From the NCBI RefSeq assembly GCF_001194135.2, contig NC_068983.1, positions 142,972,796 to 143,036,795 of the forward strand: 64,000 bases of DNA, in the 5' to 3' direction. The notes beneath the pieces were generated by a model. That model did not search any database. It was not told the origin of the DNA and saw only the letters and a list, made by a program, of their open reading frames with translations. This DNA comes from Octopus bimaculoides (Eukaryota). Position 1 is the first letter of the stretch, and each line of letters opens with the position of its first letter. This document shows, in pieces, positions 63,878 to 64,000 of the stretch. A program made the translations under genes and the position numbers.

Positions 63878-63920
63878 TAGATAGATAGATAGACGGATGG
63901 ATGGAGATATATATATATGA
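63640..63920. repeat. Compound microsatellite block (GAT)n, (TG)n, (GA)n, (GATA)n, (TA)n
   Basis: Directly visible. Confidence 0.95.
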
Positions 63921-64000
63921 CCTTAAAAACATACCAATTGTTTACTGATAATTTACAAAGCCCATGTCCACCCCTCAAGATTACTGCTACTCTATTTGGA

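Overview
AT-rich, microsatellite-dense, repeat-rich animal genomic DNA with 7 assembly gaps. The SINE families and (CA)n/(TA)n/(CATA)n load resemble an Octopus-type cephalopod genome (inference from memory, not a database result). The only confidently recognisable host gene is a plus-strand, intron-split gene with tandem WSC (carbohydrate-binding, 8-Cys) domains: three exons at 2041-2165, 5503-5638 and 7725-7852 have canonical, phase-compatible splice sites. None is fully captured by the ORF track, which shows only part of the 5503-5638 exon. Further short candidate exons occur on both strands but cannot be joined with confidence. The rest is a layered transposon landscape: a full-length Hsmar1-like mariner (DD34D), a near full-length maT (DD37D) element, an irritans-type mariner remnant, RTE and CR1 LINE fossils, Penelope-like (PLE) remnants, TA- and TTAA-type MITEs, a Helentron/HINE-like element and several tRNA-derived SINEs, some nested. 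The most unusual signals are an intact minimal type I hammerhead ribozyme with a 64-nt stem II at the end of a PLE remnant (60163-60255), a decayed hammerhead at 15650-15690, a perfect 28-bp hairpin inside a cleanly bounded minus-strand exon (31791-31918), a candidate exon with a single in-frame TGA (21212-21370), and a 62-bp VNTR with a 3-unit higher-order pattern beside a probable haplotype duplication. All translations, pairings and coordinates were worked out by eye.
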